From Amoebophrya sp. A120 (taxonomy: Eukaryota; Protista; Dinoflagellata), in NCBI GenBank assembly GCA_905178155.1, contig CAJINV010000004.1, forward strand, positions 6,116,828 to 6,180,827: a stretch of DNA of 64,000 nt, in the 5' to 3' direction. Shown here one piece after another: positions 58,818 to 64,000 of the stretch. Below the pieces are notes generated by a model. That model worked only from the letters and a program-made list of their open reading frames with translations, was not told where the DNA came from and searched no databases. Made by a program: the position numbers and the translations under genes. Positions within the stretch are counted from its first letter, which is position 1. Every line of letters begins with the position of its first letter.

Positions 58818-60779
58818 TCAGACCCACCAGTGCATACTGTTCCCCGAGCTGGTGACGATCATGGGCCTCCCCGGGTTCCACATTGCGTGCACGGGCAGAC
58901 CCGTGTCGAAGCCGTTGATGATGCGCTCTATGTCCCCATTCGTCGTGGAGTACAAAGAGACACTCCCATCGTGGCGGTGAAGGACAAAGGCGCTGTCGGG
59001 ACTGAAGAAACCGGCGGAGTGCGGGATGGTGGGAGTTGTAGTTGTAGACGTCCTTGCTCCCGCTTGGTCCGCCGCTTTCGGAATTTTGTACGTCACAATC
59101 GGGTCTCCGTCATAGGCGTCAAGAAGGTGCCTGTAGTGGTTTGAAGAAGATTGCGATTGCCATGCTTGCCTTACCAATCGTTTCATCTCTTTTACCTTGA
59201 CGAAGGAAAGTAGCTGCAACTTCATAAATTTACATAAATTACCTAGAACCAGTATTCGCAAATGGACAACATCCCCGAAGTAGGCACAGCAAAAGCGAAA
59301 AAGCTATAGCATTTACGTTGCGTTGCACAGCACATATTTTCCGCAGGGCGAGAACTCCAAGTGCAAGCAGGGTTCGGCGAGATCGAACGTGAGAAAGCTC
59401 CCTTTCAGAAATGTCTTCGAGTCGAAGAGGTGGATACTCCTGTTTTCGTGGTTCATTTGTGCAGTTGGTTCACTGAAAAGCAACATGGATGTGTGGGGCA
59501 GACCAGGACCATGCTCAGGCGATAGTACAACAAACGAACAAGTAATAGACGCAAAGGAAATAAAAGTTCTTCCCTAGTATCGAGGTGGTTAATAAATATT
59601 CTGTACTTCTTCCCGTTGCACAGGCCGAAGACCATTCCTTGTGAGTCGAAAGCCCCGCACGTGACGTCCCCAATGTTACTCAAACGGCCGAGGCAGTTGA
59701 GCTCTTTGTCTTTGTCTTTGTCCGCGGTTGCTGCTGTTGTGTTAACCACGACACCTCCGGGCTTCTTCTTGAAGTAGCTTGAGTAATCCCACAAGGATAT
59801 GTCGCCCGTCGTGCCTGCGTGGAAGTAGATTGTAAATTTGACATTGATTTTTTTTTTGATGTTACAATGCACAGTATACGTGACTCTTCAAGGGTAACAA
59901 GGGGCCGCGAAAAGTAGAGCCCGTGGCAAAGTTATCTGGTCTGTATCTGTAGCAAAGATGAAGATCGTCAGAGTCAACATCGAGAGCATGAGATGAACCG
60001 CTTCTATCGTTCAACACTTAATTCATGATACAACTGAAGAACGAATCAGTACCCAGCAACAGCGTGTCTTGATTCGGGTGCAGGGCGAGAAAGTTTATGC
60101 TTTCCCGCATCTCTGGTCGCATGGTGATCTGGAACATGAGCTGGTCCTGGAACAGATCCCGCAGTTGCAGGCGGTCCGCTTGCATCCGCGGAGGGCAAGT
60201 CGAGGAGGAGGAGCCGCCCTTTGTGGATGAGGATGCCGTCGGATGTCCTGTAGAAGCCTTGTTTGCATCGGTCATCTCGACGTCCCTGTCCTGTCCAGTA
60301 TTTGATGAGCTAGAACTACAGGTGGCTAAAACTTGTCCACCCCCGTGCTGATTTGGGTTTCTCCCGACCTCCTCGCTCTTCTTCACCGTTTTTGTCAGTA
60401 AAAAAGCGTAGCTCGGGTCGGTCTGCTTGATAGTCACTTGAACAATCCGCTGCTCGGTGTTTTTCCGGCTGACCTGGATGCTTTCGTCGATATTGTCCTC
60501 AGAATCTTCGTCATTTGATGGTGCACCATCGGTCATTGCGACATCGGATGATGTCTTCGAGCCAGCTTTTATTTTCGGCGGGTTCTCCGCTGCCAGGTCG
60601 ATTTTGCGTTTCAACTTGCTCTCCGTCACATCGTAGATGGCGATTTGCCTCTCCGAATAGCAGAGAACCAGGTCGCGGGACACGTCGATCCCGACTATTT
60701 TGTCGTCCAAGTCGCCCGTAAAGGCCTTGGCGACCTTCATCCCAACGGGAAAGCCGGGAGCTGCTGCTGGGGCTGCCAT
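58818..60779 (-). CDS. WDR82: WDR82/Swd2-like WD40 protein (multi-exon, GT-AG introns)
   Basis: MKVAKAF..DKIVGID, IAIYDVTESKLKRKI, GAFDSQGMVF, IHLFDSKTFLKGSFLTF, LLDAYDG, FFSPDSAFV and WNPGRPMIVTSSGNSMHWWV* follow the WDR82 motif order. Confidence 0.78.
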
Positions 60780-62004
60780 AGTCGGTGAACAAAAATTTTT
60801 TTTGTCGTATACCAATGTACTGTCTAGGTGAAGATGCTCGTGAATAGCAACAAACAGAGAGAATGGTTGTGAAAAAGTAAATTATAGACGCCTACCACTA
60901 CTGCGCAAATCTGCTACTCATCATTTGTGCCTCGTGTGCCGGACAACTACGACTACAGAAATTGAAATAGAATCTAGGAGGCGTGAGGATCATGATCCGA
61001 CTCCTTAACTGAAAGTGAAACTAAACTAGGGCCGCGATAGAATCTTGTTGCTTACAGAGCGTGGTGACCACACGAAGAAAACCAAGCTGTCTGTGACGAG
61101 CGAGTGAGTATATAAACGCGAGACATTTGTCACAAAAACTACTTTCGTCGATACAGTGAAGCCGCTCTAAGGGCGTGTCGTGCATAATTTCGCAACATTT
61201 GACTCAGAAAAGTTGCTTTATTCCTTGAGCTTCCTAAAATCAATGAGATCACACATACGGCATCAAGAGAAGCACGTGATGTACCATTTTCACGAGAACA
61301 AGAAGAGCGCTCTTGATCCGTGTGAGTGCATCCTCGTCCTGCAAGATCGAAGGTATTGAACTGACACGACTTTTTCATCTCTTTCAAGAACTACAGACCA
61401 AACGACCAATGAATTTCTCAAGAACACGGTGCTGGCCGGCGGTGTCTCAAAACTCGCTGCAGGAGGTTTCGCGGCTACCAGTGTTTGACTTTGATTTTCA
61501 AGGCGGGAGAAATGCGTCATGTAGAGCACCAGACAAAAAAAAATTATTTCGTCTTCCACGACCTAGTTCCACAAAGCGATGACCCTGAAAATTTTGAATT
61601 TTACACGCTGGATAAATACTTGTATTTCCAGATCATGCTCATAGAGATCGCGAAGCTTCCTTCGACATAGTATTTTTCGCTTCTGATTTTTTTTTTTGGT
61701 TTTGCGCATTTTCCAATACAGTTGAGAATGCAGATCTTCGACATTTGTGGGGGATACATAGAAGAAGTTCATCTTCATTTGGTAAAACGCAGAGAAAAAA
61801 AAGTACTCGATAAAAAGGGGCTTGAAAAAATAGAAACAATTTTTACATTTCGGCGTGCATTTTTTTGGGGTGTATTGTACAAAAGAAAGATGACATAGCC
61901 AGTGAGTGTAGAAGAGCTCGGAAGAAGTAGAAGATGTTGACCTGCATAGCATAGTACAAGCGGTTCTTGCAACTACAGTATTAAAGATGCATCTCAACAA
62001 TCTT

Positions 62005-64000
62005 TTACATCAACTCCGTGTTGTTGCAAATGACCCAATCCCCGTCGATGAGTTCCACTTCCTCGTTGCTCACCGGCATGACGTATGCATTGCAAAAATG
62101 TCTGGGTCTGGAAGAATGCGCGATTTGTCATGCAGCTTTTTCATGACCCATGAGGTCTGCAATGCATGCCGTAGCATCACAGATTTTTAGAGGGCTTCCC
62201 GATGCGCCTTCCGCATGAGAAATGCCCTCTCCGCGTAGCACAAACTGGAGTCCTCTTGCTGGTCATGCAATACAAATTTTTTCAGAATCCAGGGACAGCA
62301 TTACAAGTTGCAGCCTTCCAGACCCAGACATATTTGCAATCCATATGACGTATTCCACCTGGTCCTTCTTTTTCTCCTCCTCGGCCTTGGTCAATTATCC
62401 AGTGCAAAAGTATCGTACTCGTACAAATGCAAGTCTTGCATTACAAACCTTGTTCCCAAGGCAAATCTGCATTACAAATTTTATTTCTCATGCTGAGGGA
62501 GTTTGTAATGCATTTATACGAGTACGATACTTTTGCAATTCATATCAATGCTTGGGTCTTGATGTTCTGCCGCTGTTGCATCTGCCAAAGCCGCTGCTCG
62601 TTCTCGCTCGTGCTTTCCGACTCAAAATCTGACTCGTATATCTGCTCCTCTGTACTCTGCCCGCTACCACTGGTGTGACCTGGATAATGGGAAGAAGATT
62701 GAGTTTTATTTTTTGCCGTAATTCTTTTTTGAGAAGGTGGACGTGACGAGAAGGTCTTGAAGAAAAGATTAATGAATTCTCTTGCGTTACAGGTGCTATT
62801 GTAAAGAACTACCAGTAAAAATAAGCAAAGATTGTACTGCTATCAGACAGCCGGCCAGCGCATTTTTTCGAAGACAGGGCCATGTCCAGAATGAAGGGTG
62901 AGCATTTCTTCTGCTCCAGCGTTGCTGTGCTGTTCTGCAGCAACAAACTCGTGGGAATGTTGGAAAATTTCGTGGCGGCACGTGGTGTCGAGGCATTCAC
63001 TGCTGCAGCTGTGAAGAGCGGCGCAGCGGCCCTTCTCACTTGCGAGATCGTCTTGTTGTTGCCTGCTCCATTTACATTTTGTTGTTGTTCTACACCTTTG
63101 TTTGGCGTCTTTATGTTGCTCGAGCTCGTGTTATTTGATGCTGCGTTCATTTTCATGTCGTCTACCCCACCAAGTCTCTGTTGCATCAAGGTATTGTTCC
63201 TTTGCTGATTCAGTTGTCTCACCGCGCAGCATCTGTCGCCAGCATCGCAAGTTGTGGATGTCGTTGTACAGGTGGTAGCTGTTAGTGCACTCGTCTCACC
63301 ACGACGAGAAGCACTACACGGCTGCTCGTCAATCATCTTCCCACCCGCGCCAGCTCTTGCAGTGTGCAGCTGAATGTTTGCTGGCGAGGCATGAAAGGGT
63401 AAAACCGGGCTGGTCGAGCTGATATTCTGCTGGTTGTGCGCCATCTCACGCATGACATGCTGCAAGGGTGCGGCGTGGTTCGACGAGGCTTGGGTGAGGA
63501 GAAAGGACGACGCAGCCGCGGCATTTGGTGAGGAACCTGTCGTCGCACAGGAACTAAGACCGTGCTCCACAACAACCGGCCCGCTGGTCCACGCGTGATG
63601 TTGCGCGTTTACGGAGTTCAGAACTCGGTGGTCCGACAACTTCAAAATGGTATCCTGTGATAGTGATTTAGTGATAAGTATCAGCATTCCATCGTGTAGT
63701 AGTTTCAATTTCAAAATCGAAATCATCCTACCGCATCAGTTTCTCGTCGAGCAGTGCCATCTTTCATCATTTCAACTGAGAATAGGAAATACAAAAGGCC
63801 AAGCACCGCGACACCGAAGAGGGCATGAAGACCAATCGTCAAGAACAAATCGAAATCAAAAATACCTGCTTGTATAGCCTGTGTGCCGGGGTCGGTGTGG
63901 GTCTGGTCTGCTGGTAGTCTGCGACGACGCTCTTCAAGCAGAAGCTTGGTGACGTGGCGTGCTCCATTTTTTGTTCTCCCAGCCGGTACGCGCTGTACAA
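62005..64000 (-). CDS. 3' part of a hypothetical low-complexity protein (2 introners), 5' end outside the window
   Basis: ORF 62809-63726 plus terminal exons restored by introner removal (...DQVEYVMPVSNEEVELIDGDWVICNNTELM*); upstream joins not resolved. Confidence 0.55.
62084..62345. mobile_element. Introner family A (262 bp)
   Basis: Family A TIRs; TSD TGACG/TGACG. Confidence 0.94.
62396..62544. mobile_element. Introner family B (149 bp)
   Basis: Family B TIRs; TSD TCAAT/TCAAT. Confidence 0.94.

Noticed and set aside
1315-62678. Many short ORFs sharing peptides such as CKYVWVWK, LPDPDIFA, ANMSGSG, QKYRTR and CKSIVLV
   Set aside because: These are translations of the family A and B TIRs in different frames, not a protein family.

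Overview
This is eukaryotic, intron-rich DNA. All 12 gene models I can build lie on the minus strand. The architecture (co-oriented genes, GT-AG introns mixed with inverted/direct-repeat introner introns) suggests a syndinian dinoflagellate parasite such as Amoebophrya; that assignment is inference. Genes: a patatin-like phospholipase, a MICAL-like FAD monooxygenase, two tandem proteorhodopsin-like genes (DTE and an unusual DTC motif, both with an enlarged E-F loop and C-terminal tails), a BK/Slo-type K+ channel, four probably secreted proteins (two are paralogues with RING-like Cys clusters), a giant HIRA-like gene, WDR82/Swd2 and a partial hypothetical gene. I mapped 39 exon-interrupting elements in about 10 TIR families. 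Nearly all have TAT...ATA ends and a 5-bp direct repeat, and removing the element plus one repeat copy restores the reading frame. Most notable: (i) a 2,039-bp intergenic element with the same termini and a 5-bp TSD, a candidate parent transposon class; (ii) all seven single-mismatch TSD pairs differ only synonymously; (iii) a poly(A) retro-insertion nested in an introner; (iv) the divergent rhodopsin pair. Coordinates and splice models were derived by eye and need RNA-seq confirmation.
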